Assembly: GCA_964403725.1 (NCBI GenBank)
Contig: CAYOHI010000003.1
Span: 14,374-78,373 of the forward strand
Direction: 5' to 3'
DNA length: 64,000 nucleotides
Origin: an uncultured Candidatus Saccharibacteria bacterium
Lineage (GTDB): Bacteria > Patescibacteriota > Minisyncoccia > Portnoybacterales > UBA2143
A model generated the notes under the pieces. That model was given only the letters and a program-made list of their open reading frames with translations, searched no databases and had not been told where the DNA came from. Shown piece by piece: positions 1 to 9,846 of this stretch. Every line of letters starts with the position of its first letter. Position 1 is the first letter of the stretch. Made by a program: the position numbers and the translations under genes.

Positions 1-443
1 ATCGTCTTGTTAATCTTATGACGAACATGCAGATTCCTTTTCATTTTCTCTCTTCTGATATCTAAATATCTGTATTTCAATCTAATTTCTTCACCAGGCT
101 CTCCTTCATTGATTTCAAAAGGAGTAGTTTTAGCTTCGTTTAAGACTTTAAGTTGCTCTACTTCAATTTCAACCGTACCTGTAGGAATCTTATCATTAAT
201 CATTCCTTTAGGTCTTTCATTTACTTTACCGGTTACTTCAATAACCCATTCATTTCTTAGGGTATTAGCTAAATCATATGTTTCTTTCTTATCTGGTAGG
301 AAAACTAATTGAATCAGTCCGCTCTTGTCTCGAAGGTCAATGAAGATAATTTTTCCATGATCCCTTCTGACATGGACCCAACCGGCTAATCTAACTTGTT
401 CTCCCTGTTTTTTTATTGTTTTAACGTTTAAAATACGCTTCAT
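1..443 (-). CDS. aspS: aspartyl-tRNA synthetase, N-terminal part. The gene continues past the window start; the start codon is at 441-443 on the complement.
   Basis: The minus-strand translation begins MKRILNVKTIKKQGEQVRLAGWVHVRRDHGKIIFIDLRDKSGLIQLVF, which is an OB-fold anticodon-binding domain. It continues to the class II AspRS/AsnRS hallmark LKYRYLDIRR. Asp versus Asn specificity is not resolvable from the N-terminus alone. Confidence 0.8.
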   Translation of the reverse strand, partial: MKRILNVKTIKKQGEQVRLAGWVHVRRDHGKIIFIDLRDKSGLIQLVFLPDKKETYDLANTLRNEWVIEVTGKVNERPKGMINDKIPTGTVEIEVEQLKVLNEAKTTPFEINEGEPGEEIRLKYRYLDIRREKMKRNLHVRHKINKT

Positions 444-515
444 GTTTTTGTTTTATGAGCTTAATTAATGATATTATTTTATCACTTTATTGTTTATTAA
501 TCAATGTGGAAATGC

Positions 516-550
516 AAAAGCCCCGTGCATTGAACTACACGGGGCTTTTT
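516..550 (-). terminator. rho-independent terminator downstream of the HIT gene (hairpin is palindromic, so potentially bidirectional)
   Basis: A perfect 8-bp GC-rich stem (GCCCCGTG...CACGGGGC) is flanked by an A-run and a T-run. It lies directly 3' of the HIT gene stop on the minus strand. Confidence 0.6.
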
Positions 551-578
551 AACAGTTGGGTTCTGTCGAGTTGCTGAA

Positions 579-986
579 TTATCCCAGAAAATCTCCGATA
601 TCCCTTTTGAGATTCTCCAGAGACTCGTCGGTCATGATGGGCCTTTGTTCCTTTTTTAAGGGACGGAGGGGATCTGAGGAGAAGATGAGATGAATATGTA
701 GATGATCGCTGTGCGGTCCCGGTATTAGCTCCATTTTTGTGACCTTCGGGCCATACCCTCTTTCAAGCATCAGGTGTATAATGCGCCTGGCCGCCTTTTG
801 GATTCTCAGATATTTCGCCTCGCTCATCTCGAGAAATTCGCTATGAGAATCCGGTGAAATGAGGATATGCGCCGGCCTATCGCATTCCGGGTCTAAATCG
901 GGTCGAAAGCTGGTGTAAATTTTGAACCCATCGAATTTCCTCAAATAATACTTACCCTCTTCACACAAAAAACAGGGCTGTGACAT
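579..986 (-). CDS. HIT-family (histidine triad) nucleotide hydrolase/transferase
   Basis: The histidine-triad motif HLHIHLI is present. A strong Shine-Dalgarno AGGAGG precedes the start. The gene is G+C-richer than its neighbours. Confidence 0.7.
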   Translation of the reverse strand: MSQPCFLCEEGKYYLRKFDGFKIYTSFRPDLDPECDRPAHILISPDSHSEFLEMSEAKYLRIQKAARRIIHLMLERGYGPKVTKMELIPGPHSDHLHIHLIFSSDPLRPLKKEQRPIMTDESLENLKRDIGDFLG

Positions 987-1036
987 AACTATTCCTCCTT
1001 ATTTGGGTTAATTTTGCGTTTCTGAGTACTGGGAGT

Positions 1037-1065
1037 AATATACAATATATTTTGTTGTTAGTCAA
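1037..1065 (-). promoter_or_regulatory. sigma70-like promoter for the HIT gene
   Basis: On the minus strand: TTGACT, a 17-nt spacer, then TATATT, upstream of the AGGAGG-ATG of the HIT gene. Confidence 0.4.
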
Positions 1066-1077
1066 TGTGTGTTTATA

Positions 1078-1314
1078 TTATTCTCCCTTATGAAAGTCTA
1101 AAACCTCCTTATTAAAAGGTCCATCGTTATAGTGTGATTTGCATGGAAATTCATTGCAATCAAAACAGAATTCCATTCCTTTATTCTTAGCACATTTAGG
1201 CAAAGGACAAATATCTTCAGTGATTTTTGGAGAACATCCTTTACATTCATTGTTTATGAATTTATTGCATTTAAAGCAAGCTATACCGCAAACTCCTATT
1301 ATTTGATTGGTCAT
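1078..1314 (-). CDS. small cysteine-rich protein (DUF3795-like, putative metal-binding)
   Basis: 78 aa with 12 Cys arranged in CxxC and C-x-x-x-C pairs (CGIACFKCNKF...CKGCSP...CPLPKC...CFDCNEFPC). Its start overlaps the stop of the upstream GrpB gene (ATGA). Confidence 0.5.
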   Translation of the reverse strand: MTNQIIGVCGIACFKCNKFINNECKGCSPKITEDICPLPKCAKNKGMEFCFDCNEFPCKSHYNDGPFNKEVLDFHKGE

Positions 1315-1829
1315 ATTTCTATTCTCCTTAAAATATTATTAATAAATTTAATTTTGTTCTTATAATATTCTCTTAATGGTAAATTATTGCACTTTTGTTT
1401 TAATTTTTCATACTCTTTTAATGATTCTGGATTTTGTTTTAAATATTTTTCAAACTTAACTGAATCAAGCCAATCTTTTGATTCTTTATTAACCAAAAAT
1501 ATTTCTATCTTAATATCATCTATATATTTTACAAATCTCGCTCTTTTTAAAGAATAAACACTTCCTGGTTTTCCAAAATGACTAATTAGTATTTCTAAAT
1601 TTTTATTAAAGTCGTTTTCGATTACTGGAATATATAGATCGATTTCTCCTTGTCCTGAAATACCTAAAGCTGTAGAACCACGATGCTGTATATCTATATT
1701 GGGTAAAAATCCTTTAATTTCTTCTTTAATCTTATTAAATACCTCTTTTGTCTCTGGATTATATGGAATAATCTTTATTTTTTCAGTGCTTAGATGAGAT
1801 ATCCATTTTTCTTGGTCTTTAGTTAGCAT
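1311..1829 (-). CDS. GrpB-family nucleotidyltransferase-fold protein
   Basis: Motif HRGSTALGISGQGEIDLYIPV matches the nucleotidyltransferase GS...D.D signature of GrpB. Length is about 170 aa. Confidence 0.6.
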   Translation of the reverse strand: MLTKDQEKWISHLSTEKIKIIPYNPETKEVFNKIKEEIKGFLPNIDIQHRGSTALGISGQGEIDLYIPVIENDFNKNLEILISHFGKPGSVYSLKRARFVKYIDDIKIEIFLVNKESKDWLDSVKFEKYLKQNPESLKEYEKLKQKCNNLPLREYYKNKIKFINNILRRIEI

Positions 1830-1853
1830 ATGACATAAGAGTATATTTTATAC

Positions 1854-2429
1854 TTATTTCTTCACTAACATCTTAATAATCCCATGCTCATGTTTTCCAT
1901 CTGGACGATGATTGTCTTTAATGATCTTATCTTCTGTTTCCAAAATTATATTTTCAGAAAAATATTTCTTTAATTCTTCTACGGCAAAAAAGTGTTTTAA
2001 ATTTTTAGTTTCTTTTGAATAACTTGGATCTTTTTTAGAAAATACGGTTAAAAAGAATAATCCATCTTTTTTAAGTGATTTAATTACATTTCTTATTATT
2101 TCTCTAATATCTTTTAATTCTAAGAAATGCAAAACATTGATACAAGCTATCAAATCATATCCTTCCTTTGAAAAATTAAAATCTAAGATATTTTGATTTA
2201 AAGCATTTATTTTTGGATATTGTTTTTTAATTTCATCAATTACTTCCTTATCTGTATCTATGCAAGTTACTCTAAATCCTTGTTTATATAGAAATATACT
2301 ATTACCACCTAAACCCGTACCTAAATCTAAAATATTAGCATTTTTTGGTAATGTTTTTGCTAATGCTCTTATTTTTCCATTTACACCTTTGCCGAATTTG
2401 AGTTTGGTTATTTTTTTAAGTTTATTCAT
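1854..2429 (-). CDS. class I SAM-dependent methyltransferase (TehB-like)
   Basis: Motif I ILDLGTGLGGNS is present, and the acidic motif II CIDTD follows about 20 aa later. Length is 191 aa. Confidence 0.7.
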   Translation of the reverse strand: MNKLKKITKLKFGKGVNGKIRALAKTLPKNANILDLGTGLGGNSIFLYKQGFRVTCIDTDKEVIDEIKKQYPKINALNQNILDFNFSKEGYDLIACINVLHFLELKDIREIIRNVIKSLKKDGLFFLTVFSKKDPSYSKETKNLKHFFAVEELKKYFSENIILETEDKIIKDNHRPDGKHEHGIIKMLVKK

Positions 2430-2940
2430 TCCAATTTTTAATATATTTTTCTTTAGCTAATTTAATTAATTCCTCTCCTTTTTTACCCCAGTTAAGTTTT
2501 TCAGCTGCTTGGTCTGTTTTTATAATTACTCTGCCAATAGCTTTTTTATCTGGATCCTTTATTGGCTTGTCTATTAATTCTACTTTAGCTACTATTCTTA
2601 AGAAACAGTTTTGTTTTTTAGATTCTTTTTTGTTTGGATAATATATTTGTTCAAATCCTATTGTTTTCCAATCAATTAATTTTAATTGAGCTTCTTCAAT
2701 TAATTCTCTTTTGATTGTTGTTTCTATTGATTCTCCTTTTTCTATAGTTCCTCCTGGATTACCTAAGTATCCTTCTATATTTTTATAGAATACGATATTA
2801 TCTTTATCTAAAAAGCAGACCGCTTGAACTTGGTCTACTTTCGATAAATCACAATGATTATTTAGTGGATGTAATTCTAATTCATAATCATTGTTTTTCC
2901 ATTTTCCTTTTTCTGAGAATAGTGAGTTTTTAATATTCAT
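2422..2940 (-). CDS. Nudix hydrolase
   Basis: Nudix box GGTIEKGESIETTIKRELIEEAQL is present. The start was moved to the internal ATG at 2938-2940 (MNIKNS...) because the longer ORF overlaps the upstream phosphoesterase gene. Confidence 0.7.
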   Translation of the reverse strand: MNIKNSLFSEKGKWKNNDYELELHPLNNHCDLSKVDQVQAVCFLDKDNIVFYKNIEGYLGNPGGTIEKGESIETTIKRELIEEAQLKLIDWKTIGFEQIYYPNKKESKKQNCFLRIVAKVELIDKPIKDPDKKAIGRVIIKTDQAAEKLNWGKKGEELIKLAKEKYIKNWNE

Positions 2941-3517
2941 GTCCCTTCTGCTTGTTAAATTCAAATTCAATTTCTTTGAATTTCTTTTGTGATTCTTTAG
3001 TATTGGTCGTAATCCCGGAAAATTCAATTATTTCAGCATCATTTGTCTTTGTGTCATAAATTGCAAAGCTTGGATTGCCAGTTTTGTACGCTCCAATCTC
3101 ACCTGGATTTACAACTAAGCATTTGCCAATCTTTTCTTTATTTTTTGTATGATTATGCCCATAAAAAACCGCATCAAATTCTTTGGATTTAGCCATAGGT
3201 TTGGCTAAAATTGGAAAATGGGTTAAGAATATTTTTCTTTTATCAATTTCTATAATATCGTATGTCTCAAAACTGACTTCTAGATTACTATCCTTTTCAA
3301 GACTGAATTTAGTGATTAAGCTTTTATCTCCATCATTATTACCCCAGATTGCAAAAACAGGTATTGGCGAAGAGCATAAGAGATTAGCAATAGCAGCACC
3401 GGCAAAATCGCCTAAAAATAGGATTTTCTTGATGTTTTTATAACTATTGATTTTATCTAATGCCAGGACTAAGTTATGGGCATTATCATGGACATCAGCT
3501 ATGATTGCTATTTTCAT
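2930..3517 (-). CDS. YfcE/MJ0936-type metallophosphoesterase
   Basis: Calcineurin-like motifs IADVHDN, LGDF, GNNDGD and GHNH are present in the expected order. Confidence 0.75.
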   Translation of the reverse strand: MKIAIIADVHDNAHNLVLALDKINSYKNIKKILFLGDFAGAAIANLLCSSPIPVFAIWGNNDGDKSLITKFSLEKDSNLEVSFETYDIIEIDKRKIFLTHFPILAKPMAKSKEFDAVFYGHNHTKNKEKIGKCLVVNPGEIGAYKTGNPSFAIYDTKTNDAEIIEFSGITTNTKESQKKFKEIEFEFNKQKGHEY

Positions 3518-3531
3518 GAAACAATATTAAA

Positions 3532-3735
3532 TTAACATCTACTAGGTTTTTTTGTAACTTTATTTAAATTAGGGTAAATTGGTAGATTTAAAATTTTTTC
3601 TTCAATGGTAAAAGGCTTATCTTTTACTCTTTCATAATTTTTTTTCCTAATAATTCTTCCACTGGTAGAGATGTCATTTTTGATTATTATTCTGTATTTA
3701 TTAATTTTTGAATTTAAGTAATTTTTATTATGCAT
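3532..3735 (-). CDS. small basic hypothetical protein (67 aa)
   Basis: An ORF fills the gap between two flanking minus-strand genes. No recognisable motif. Confidence 0.25.
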   Translation of the reverse strand: MHNKNYLNSKINKYRIIIKNDISTSGRIIRKKNYERVKDKPFTIEEKILNLPIYPNLNKVTKKPSRC

Positions 3736-3757
3736 AATGTAATATATTATTTTTTAT

Positions 3758-4705
3758 TTAAGTAACACCATCTGTATCTTCATTGATATTTTCATGCTCT
3801 CCAGTTTGATCATCTTCAATCTGATTATTTTCTTCATAACAAATAAAATCTATAAAATTATCTATATTTTCTTCCATTAATAAATTAGATAACTCGCTTA
3901 TATTCATTTTATATTCCTGACTAATCGACTCTGGTTTTATGACATTTGGCAAAAACTTAGAAATAATATCATAATCAATTATATGACCGTGATCAGGACA
4001 TTCATTTACTAAATAATCAACCAATAAATTTCTTCTTTCTTTTGGTAAGTCGGAGTTAAAAATAGTTAATATTCTAGTTGCATATTTTTCACCAATATCG
4101 AGCTTTCTTTTTTTATTTCCTAGTTGATAAGGATTTATTTGTTTTAAAAGTGGTCCGTAAAATTTGTATAAATAGTCAAATATTTGCTTAGAAAGTTCTC
4201 CTCTTTTGATTCTCACTACTTTATTTTTATATAAATGATAGAACATCATTTGAAACATTTCTAATGATCTATTTTCAATTCTTTCTAATGATTTTTCATC
4301 TACCAAAGCACTTTCACGTTCATAATCAGGACTGTCTTCTCTTTCCTTAACTATTTGAACATCCAATGGGCCAAATTCACCAAAATCATCCATTATTATT
4401 TTTGAACCTCCCAAAGAGAGTAAAGTTGCAGCACTCTTTGCCCAGAAAGGAACAATAACATTAACCTTCTCAAAATTTTTCCTTAAAGTTCTGATGATTC
4501 TATATGCATCGCCAGGATCTCCTCCAGGGGAATTTATTATGAAATCAATTTCATTAACATTCTCTTTTCCGACAATAAACTCCTCAACCTTTTTCCTTAC
4601 AGTAATTACACTTTTAGGAAGTATTGGCGAAAGAAAAACAAATTGATCCTTCTCTCTAATTTCTGCGGTTTTTTTTATTTTATTTTTTAATTCTTCAATT
4701 GACAT
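3758..4705 (-). CDS. ClpP/crotonase-fold serine protease (S49 / SDH-proteinase-like)
   Basis: INSPGGDPGDAYRIIRTL...SAATLLSLGG is typical of SppA / serine-dehydrogenase-proteinase family active-site regions. Confidence 0.6.
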   Translation of the reverse strand: MSIEELKNKIKKTAEIREKDQFVFLSPILPKSVITVRKKVEEFIVGKENVNEIDFIINSPGGDPGDAYRIIRTLRKNFEKVNVIVPFWAKSAATLLSLGGSKIIMDDFGEFGPLDVQIVKEREDSPDYERESALVDEKSLERIENRSLEMFQMMFYHLYKNKVVRIKRGELSKQIFDYLYKFYGPLLKQINPYQLGNKKRKLDIGEKYATRILTIFNSDLPKERRNLLVDYLVNECPDHGHIIDYDIISKFLPNVIKPESISQEYKMNISELSNLLMEENIDNFIDFICYEENNQIEDDQTGEHENINEDTDGVT

Positions 4706-4772
4706 TATTCAATGTTAAAAAGTTAAAAGATTTCGATAAATTAGATATATGAGACAGGATTAATCTTCATAG

Positions 4773-4843
4773 TACCCCGCAAGGGAATCGAACCCCTATC
4801 AATTGGTTAAAAGCCAACTGCTCTACCACTGAGCTAGCGGGGC
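4773..4843 (-). tRNA. tRNA-Lys (anticodon UUU)
   Basis: The complement reads GCCCCGC-TA-GCTC-AGTGGTA-GAGC-A-GTTGG-CTTTTAA-CCAAT-...-TTCGATT-...-GCGGGGT-A. This is a cloverleaf with a TTCGATT T-loop and anticodon-loop CU-UUU-AA. No CCA is encoded. Confidence 0.8.
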
Positions 4844-4919
4844 ATGAGTACTTAAAATATTCTAACCTTATTCAAAATAAAAATCAAGCTAAAAACAAGC
4901 TTGATTGTCTCCACCCACC

Positions 4920-5474
4920 CTATTTCTTCCCATCCACCATCTTTTTCTTTCTCATCAATACCAAAACTAGAATTGGCAATGTAATCCAGATAAATTGAGC
5001 TTCAGGACCGATCAACAGCATCCTAATTACTGATCCTAAATTAGCTACTGCATCCTGAGGCAGAAACGAAAGAATAACCATGGCTAGTAAACCAACTTGA
5101 GCCACTGCCAATAGGAGTAATTGCCACCAAGATGCCAATCCCCTTTTTCTTAATCTAAATGTTGAAGTTAAAATTGATCTAGGAATTAGGAAATAGAATA
5201 AGAGGATAATTCCTAAAAAAAGAATTGTTTTCAAAGAAGATGATGGGTTTTGCTCAACTCCCAGCCAGCCAACTGAACTCAATTTCCACCAAGGAATTTT
5301 TTGAACAATTAAAAGTGAAAAATAGCTGCTAATAAGAAGGACTATCATTCTATTTCTTCCTAAGAACAATCCATAGACCAAAACAGCGACTAAGAAAACT
5401 ACGCCAATAAAAATATCCCAACCGGATGCATTGCCGATATTGAAACTGGATAAAAATGAATATATGGCAGCCAT
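4920..5474 (-). CDS. integral membrane protein (CvpA-like?)
   Basis: Four to five hydrophobic helices in a 184-aa protein. Weak resemblance to colicin-V-production CvpA topology. Confidence 0.4.
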   Translation of the reverse strand: MAAIYSFLSSFNIGNASGWDIFIGVVFLVAVLVYGLFLGRNRMIVLLISSYFSLLIVQKIPWWKLSSVGWLGVEQNPSSSLKTILFLGIILLFYFLIPRSILTSTFRLRKRGLASWWQLLLLAVAQVGLLAMVILSFLPQDAVANLGSVIRMLLIGPEAQFIWITLPILVLVLMRKKKMVDGKK

Positions 5475-6557
5475 TTAACTATTCTGTAATTCTTTAATTA
5501 ATTTTTTTTGTTGACGAGTCAATTTCTTTGGAACTTCAACTTGGATTTTAACAATTAAATCACCTTTTCCTCTGCTATACAGGCTAGGCATTCCCTTGTC
5601 TTTTAATTTTATCATACTCCCTGGCTGAGTTCCAGCAGGGATCTTTAATTTAACTTCACCCTCTAAAGTTGGTATCTGTATTTTATCACCTAATGTAGCT
5701 TGAGTGAAATTAATTGTTAAATCATATACTAAATTATCACTTATTCTTTCAAATTCCTTATGAGGCTTAACATGAATGTTTACAAACAGATCTCCAGCTT
5801 CTCCGCCATGTTTTCCTGCCTCACCCTGTCCATTCATCTTTAAAGTCTGGCCATCTTCAATTCCTTTAGGAACTTTAACTTTAATTTTGCTATCTTTTTT
5901 AATTCTTCCTTGACCATCACATTCTTTACATATCTTTTCTGGAATTTCTCCTCTGCCATGGCATTCTTCACAGATTCTTCTCTGGAATATCATTCCTAAA
6001 ATACTATTGTTTTGAACTTGCTGGTAGCCAGATCCGCCACAAATAGAACAAGTCTTTAATTTATCCCCTCCCTTGCCCTGACATTTATCGCAAGTAACTA
6101 ATTTTCTTAAATCAACTTCCTTTTCAAGCCCGTTATATACATCTTCTAAATTAATATTTAAATCAATAACAATATCTTGGCCATAAGAGTTAGCTTTTCT
6201 GGCCCTGCCGCCAAACATCTGTTCAAAAATACGTCCAAAGCCTAAATCTTCAAAAATATCTTCTCCGCCAAAAGCATCTTGGAAATGACTGAAATCTTGC
6301 TGTGAAAATCCCCTGCCGCCAAATCCTTGATTGTCAAAAGTCTGGCCAAATTGGTCATACTGGCTTTTCTTTTCCTTATCAGAAAGAACAGTGTAAGCTT
6401 CACTGATCTTTTTAAACTTCTCTTCGTATTCTTTCTTCTTATTCTCCGGTGCCTTATCCGGATGATATTTAAGCGCCAGTTTCCTATATGCTTTTTTAAT
6501 TTCAGAATCAGAAGCGTTCTCAGGCACTCCCAGTGTCTCGTAATATTCTTTAGCCAT
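5475..6557 (-). CDS. dnaJ: chaperone DnaJ
   Basis: J-domain with HPD (YHPDKAP), a G/F-rich linker, and four CxxCxGxG zinc-finger repeats ([32 protein letters not shown]). Confidence 0.95.
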   Translation of the reverse strand: MAKEYYETLGVPENASDSEIKKAYRKLALKYHPDKAPENKKKEYEEKFKKISEAYTVLSDKEKKSQYDQFGQTFDNQGFGGRGFSQQDFSHFQDAFGGEDIFEDLGFGRIFEQMFGGRARKANSYGQDIVIDLNINLEDVYNGLEKEVDLRKLVTCDKCQGKGGDKLKTCSICGGSGYQQVQNNSILGMIFQRRICEECHGRGEIPEKICKECDGQGRIKKDSKIKVKVPKGIEDGQTLKMNGQGEAGKHGGEAGDLFVNIHVKPHKEFERISDNLVYDLTINFTQATLGDKIQIPTLEGEVKLKIPAGTQPGSMIKLKDKGMPSLYSRGKGDLIVKIQVEVPKKLTRQQKKLIKELQNS

Positions 6558-6559
6558 AT

Positions 6560-7381
6560 TTATACCTCTATTATTTCCTTCAGAACTGCTTTTTCTTGAA
6601 TTTTAATTGCGCCTGAGGCAACTAGAATTTTAAAGATTACCCAAGTTAAGAAAATACTTATCCACATAAATGGAAAGCCAATGACTTTTAAGGCAAAGAA
6701 AATACCGACAGCTGAACCTAAAGTCAAATATTCCTTGTATGCCTGGCTCTGCTTGTTAATTTCAGAATTTATCTGGTTATACAAATCATCCTTAATTTCA
6801 TCACTGGCAATTGTCACATTCATATTTAAATCAATGCCGAATTGCTGGGCAACTTGATTAACTGGCAGGCTTCCCTCAATGTTTCCGATTATCGGACCGA
6901 TTACTTTGTCAAAAATTGGCCTTGGAATAGTAATTTGATTCTGGCCAGTTAAAGCTAAAGGAGAAAAGTAGTATGCTGTAGCAATTAACAGAGCTAGACC
7001 TGTCATAACTAGAGGCAATCCTCTTTTTAAGACCATGACTGCATCAATCTTAATTCTTCCTCTTTTCTCATCAACAGCTCTCTGTGATCCTAAATGAAAA
7101 AGAAGAAAAGCAACTATCAGGGCTAACAAGTATTCTACTTTAAATCCAAAAGGGAAAAGAAAGCTAATTAAGACAAAAAACAATGTAATTAAAAGAATTG
7201 TCTTTGATTTGGTTAAAAGCCAATTCAAACTTAAGAAAATTAACAGAACAAAAAAACCAATAACTGGTAAGACCCAATTGCCGTCTTTAGATAAGATATT
7301 TGACAGTCCAGCCCAAGCAGCAGTCGCTACTAAAGTGGTCAGACCGATAATAACTGATTGAGTAACCCTATTTTTTTGCAT
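6560..7381 (-). CDS. hypothetical polytopic membrane protein
   Basis: Multiple TM helices. No motif recognised. First gene downstream of the polysaccharide locus. Confidence 0.4.
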   Translation of the reverse strand: MQKNRVTQSVIIGLTTLVATAAWAGLSNILSKDGNWVLPVIGFFVLLIFLSLNWLLTKSKTILLITLFFVLISFLFPFGFKVEYLLALIVAFLLFHLGSQRAVDEKRGRIKIDAVMVLKRGLPLVMTGLALLIATAYYFSPLALTGQNQITIPRPIFDKVIGPIIGNIEGSLPVNQVAQQFGIDLNMNVTIASDEIKDDLYNQINSEINKQSQAYKEYLTLGSAVGIFFALKVIGFPFMWISIFLTWVIFKILVASGAIKIQEKAVLKEIIEV

Positions 7382-7402
7382 CTCAAGTATTATACTACAA
7401 AA

Positions 7403-8503
7403 TTAAGTATATTTCAAAACCAAACTCTCCACAATCTTATCCCAACTGTAGTGATGCCTGACATATTTCTTTAATTCTTTAGTTTTTCCTTTAGTAATTT
7501 TAGGATTCTTTAAAAGACAATCTAAAATTTCTTTTAAATCATTTGTATTCTTATTCTTAAAGAAGAATGGCAAGTCTTTTAAAATGAATTTATGGACTTT
7601 GATGTCTGATAAGAGAATTGGCCTGCCAAAGCTAGCTGCTTCTAAGACAACAATTGGCAATCCTTCTTGCTCTGAAGGATGGACGAAAAGATAGGCATTG
7701 CTGAACAGTTCCTGCATGACTTTGCCATGCTGTCCGCCTAGAAACATAATATTCTGGTTATCCCCTGCTATATCCTTTAATTTCTTCTCATATCCTTGAG
7801 TGTAGAATGGAGGCCCGACAATGACCAGTTTCTTATCAGTCTTAATTTGCTGATAAGCTTTAATTAGATATTGGATTCCTTTATGAGCAATTAGACGGCT
7901 GACTACGAAAATATATCCGTTTTTCTCTAATCCCCATTTCTTAATCAATTTAGCTGGAGTATATTCATCATGTCCTATGCCATTTGGAATGTAGGTTGCT
8001 CTTTGTTTAAATGTATCTAAAATGTATTCCTGGATTTCAGGAGAAACAGCAATAACTTCATCAGCGAAGAAACAGCCAATAGCTTCTCCTAATTTCAAAG
8101 AAAATCTGGCAAAGAAACCCCATTTCTGATGCTGGTAATCTCGGCAATGGAAAGTAAAGATAACTTTAGCCTGGGGATAGAATACTTTAGGAATCCAAGC
8201 ACATAGGGCTGGACCAATACCATGATAGTGAATAATATCAGGCTTGATTTTGAATAAGGAATGTATAGTTGAGAAAAATACGTGACTAATGGCATCTAAA
8301 TGCTTTGTCTTGATGCTTGGCATGTGAATCAGATTAACGCTTTTGTATTTCTTGGTTTCTTTAGATGTATAGTATGCTCTGACATAGGCGAAAACTTTGT
8401 AATTTTTCTTTTTAGCCAAACGTAAAGAAACCTCCTCCACATGTCGTTCAATTCCCCCGAAAAGAACAGGTATTCCTTTTTGACCGATCATTACTATTTT
8501 CAT
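7403..8503 (-). CDS. glycosyltransferase family 4 (GT-B)
   Basis: C-terminal EX7E-type motif EGLPIVVLEAASFGRPILLSDI. Confidence 0.75.
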   Translation of the reverse strand: MKIVMIGQKGIPVLFGGIERHVEEVSLRLAKKKNYKVFAYVRAYYTSKETKKYKSVNLIHMPSIKTKHLDAISHVFFSTIHSLFKIKPDIIHYHGIGPALCAWIPKVFYPQAKVIFTFHCRDYQHQKWGFFARFSLKLGEAIGCFFADEVIAVSPEIQEYILDTFKQRATYIPNGIGHDEYTPAKLIKKWGLEKNGYIFVVSRLIAHKGIQYLIKAYQQIKTDKKLVIVGPPFYTQGYEKKLKDIAGDNQNIMFLGGQHGKVMQELFSNAYLFVHPSEQEGLPIVVLEAASFGRPILLSDIKVHKFILKDLPFFFKNKNTNDLKEILDCLLKNPKITKGKTKELKKYVRHHYSWDKIVESLVLKYT

Positions 8504-9846
8504 CTATGATATATGACCCCCTCCCAGTCTTTTTTAATTACTTCTTCTAATTCAAGAATGGATTCTTGAATATTCTTGATAGAATATTTTACTGGCATTT
8601 CGTTAACACCTGGTTGTTTCTGGATTAGAATATTGTATTTCTCTTTGTATGATTCTGGCAGTAAGAATTTGAATTCAACTGTCTTTTCTTCTCCGGCTGG
8701 AACAATAATGTAATTGCCAAATGAAGTTCTGTTAAATTCATCAAAGAATCCTGTTTCATCTAATACTCCAATACTTTCAGTCAGATAGCTTCCCAATGGA
8801 ACGTAAACTCTTAGATAACACTTGTAATCATTGCTAAACCAATCTCTTTGCGCTCTTAAATGCTTGAATTTAATCTTTAAATTAGCTTCTGGTCTTTCTT
8901 TTGAATGATCAACAAAGTATTCTATTTCTCTTTCTAGATTAGCATTACTTTTAAGGCCCATCAAATTAGCTTCAACTAGTATTAGATAGTTTTCTTCATA
9001 ATCCTGATTTATTTCTCCACTCCAATTAAGCTTTGAAATGGTTTCTTGATCTTCAATATCTTTTAGAGATATTAATATATTCTTGTTGTCCAATTCACCG
9101 AGAATCAGATCACTGAATTCATTACTTTGCCAAATATTTTCTTTAGTTATCTTATCTAATATTTCACGGACCAGAGACTTGAAAATACTTTTTCTCTCAC
9201 CTGAAATGATGCCTCTGTCAATGTATCCTTTTTCAATCTCATATTCTACCTGGAACAAAACATCATCACTTTCAAATTCCTTATTAAATTCCTCTAAATA
9301 TATTGGTCCGGTTAATTTTAGCAATATTTGCAAAACAGTTGCATTGATTCCAATGACACCGTCAAATTCTTCTCTGCCACCTTGCAGATGATAGAAATGT
9401 TCTACTTGGCTAGCAGAAACCTGAAAATCAGGTGACCAGTTTCCATCTCTCATCTGCCAATTATCAATATTTAAATATGTTTTCAAGGCATATGGCGGTT
9501 CGGTGACTGTTTTTCCATAGCCGTCAAAGATATTAGTATCATGGACTTCAAAATTTATTGGCTTTCCATCCTTTACTTTCATTATTCCGAAAGTACCGAT
9601 GTATCCGCCAGTCGGTCTTAATTCTAAATTATTTTGGAAGAGTAATAGATAATTTCTTTCGCCTTCAAAGCCAGTTAATTTAGGAATTAATTTCAGAATT
9701 GATATTTTTTCAACTTTATCTTTAATATTGTCTGTTATTAAAGAAATTTTATTAAACCAGCCTTGCTGCCACATTAAAAGACCGCCTGTGATTAAAAAGA
9801 TTATAGTTAAAGATACTAATATTTTAATTATTTTTAATTCTTTCAT
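8500..9846 (-). CDS. DUF4012-domain membrane-anchored protein
   Basis: N-terminal TM helix followed by ERNYLLLFQNNLELRPTGGYIGTFGIMKV, which matches the DUF4012 core seen in cell-envelope polysaccharide loci. Confidence 0.65.
   Translation of the reverse strand: MKELKIIKILVSLTIIFLITGGLLMWQQGWFNKISLITDNIKDKVEKISILKLIPKLTGFEGERNYLLLFQNNLELRPTGGYIGTFGIMKVKDGKPINFEVHDTNIFDGYGKTVTEPPYALKTYLNIDNWQMRDGNWSPDFQVSASQVEHFYHLQGGREEFDGVIGINATVLQILLKLTGPIYLEEFNKEFESDDVLFQVEYEIEKGYIDRGIISGERKSIFKSLVREILDKITKENIWQSNEFSDLILGELDNKNILISLKDIEDQETISKLNWSGEINQDYEENYLILVEANLMGLKSNANLEREIEYFVDHSKERPEANLKIKFKHLRAQRDWFSNDYKCYLRVYVPLGSYLTESIGVLDETGFFDEFNRTSFGNYIIVPAGEEKTVEFKFLLPESYKEKYNILIQKQPGVNEMPVKYSIKNIQESILELEEVIKKDWEGVIYHR

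Noticed and set aside
109-312. Plus-strand 67-aa ORF at the window start
   Set aside because: It lies entirely antisense to the well-supported aspS N-terminal coding region. It has low-complexity hydrophobic translation and no SD.
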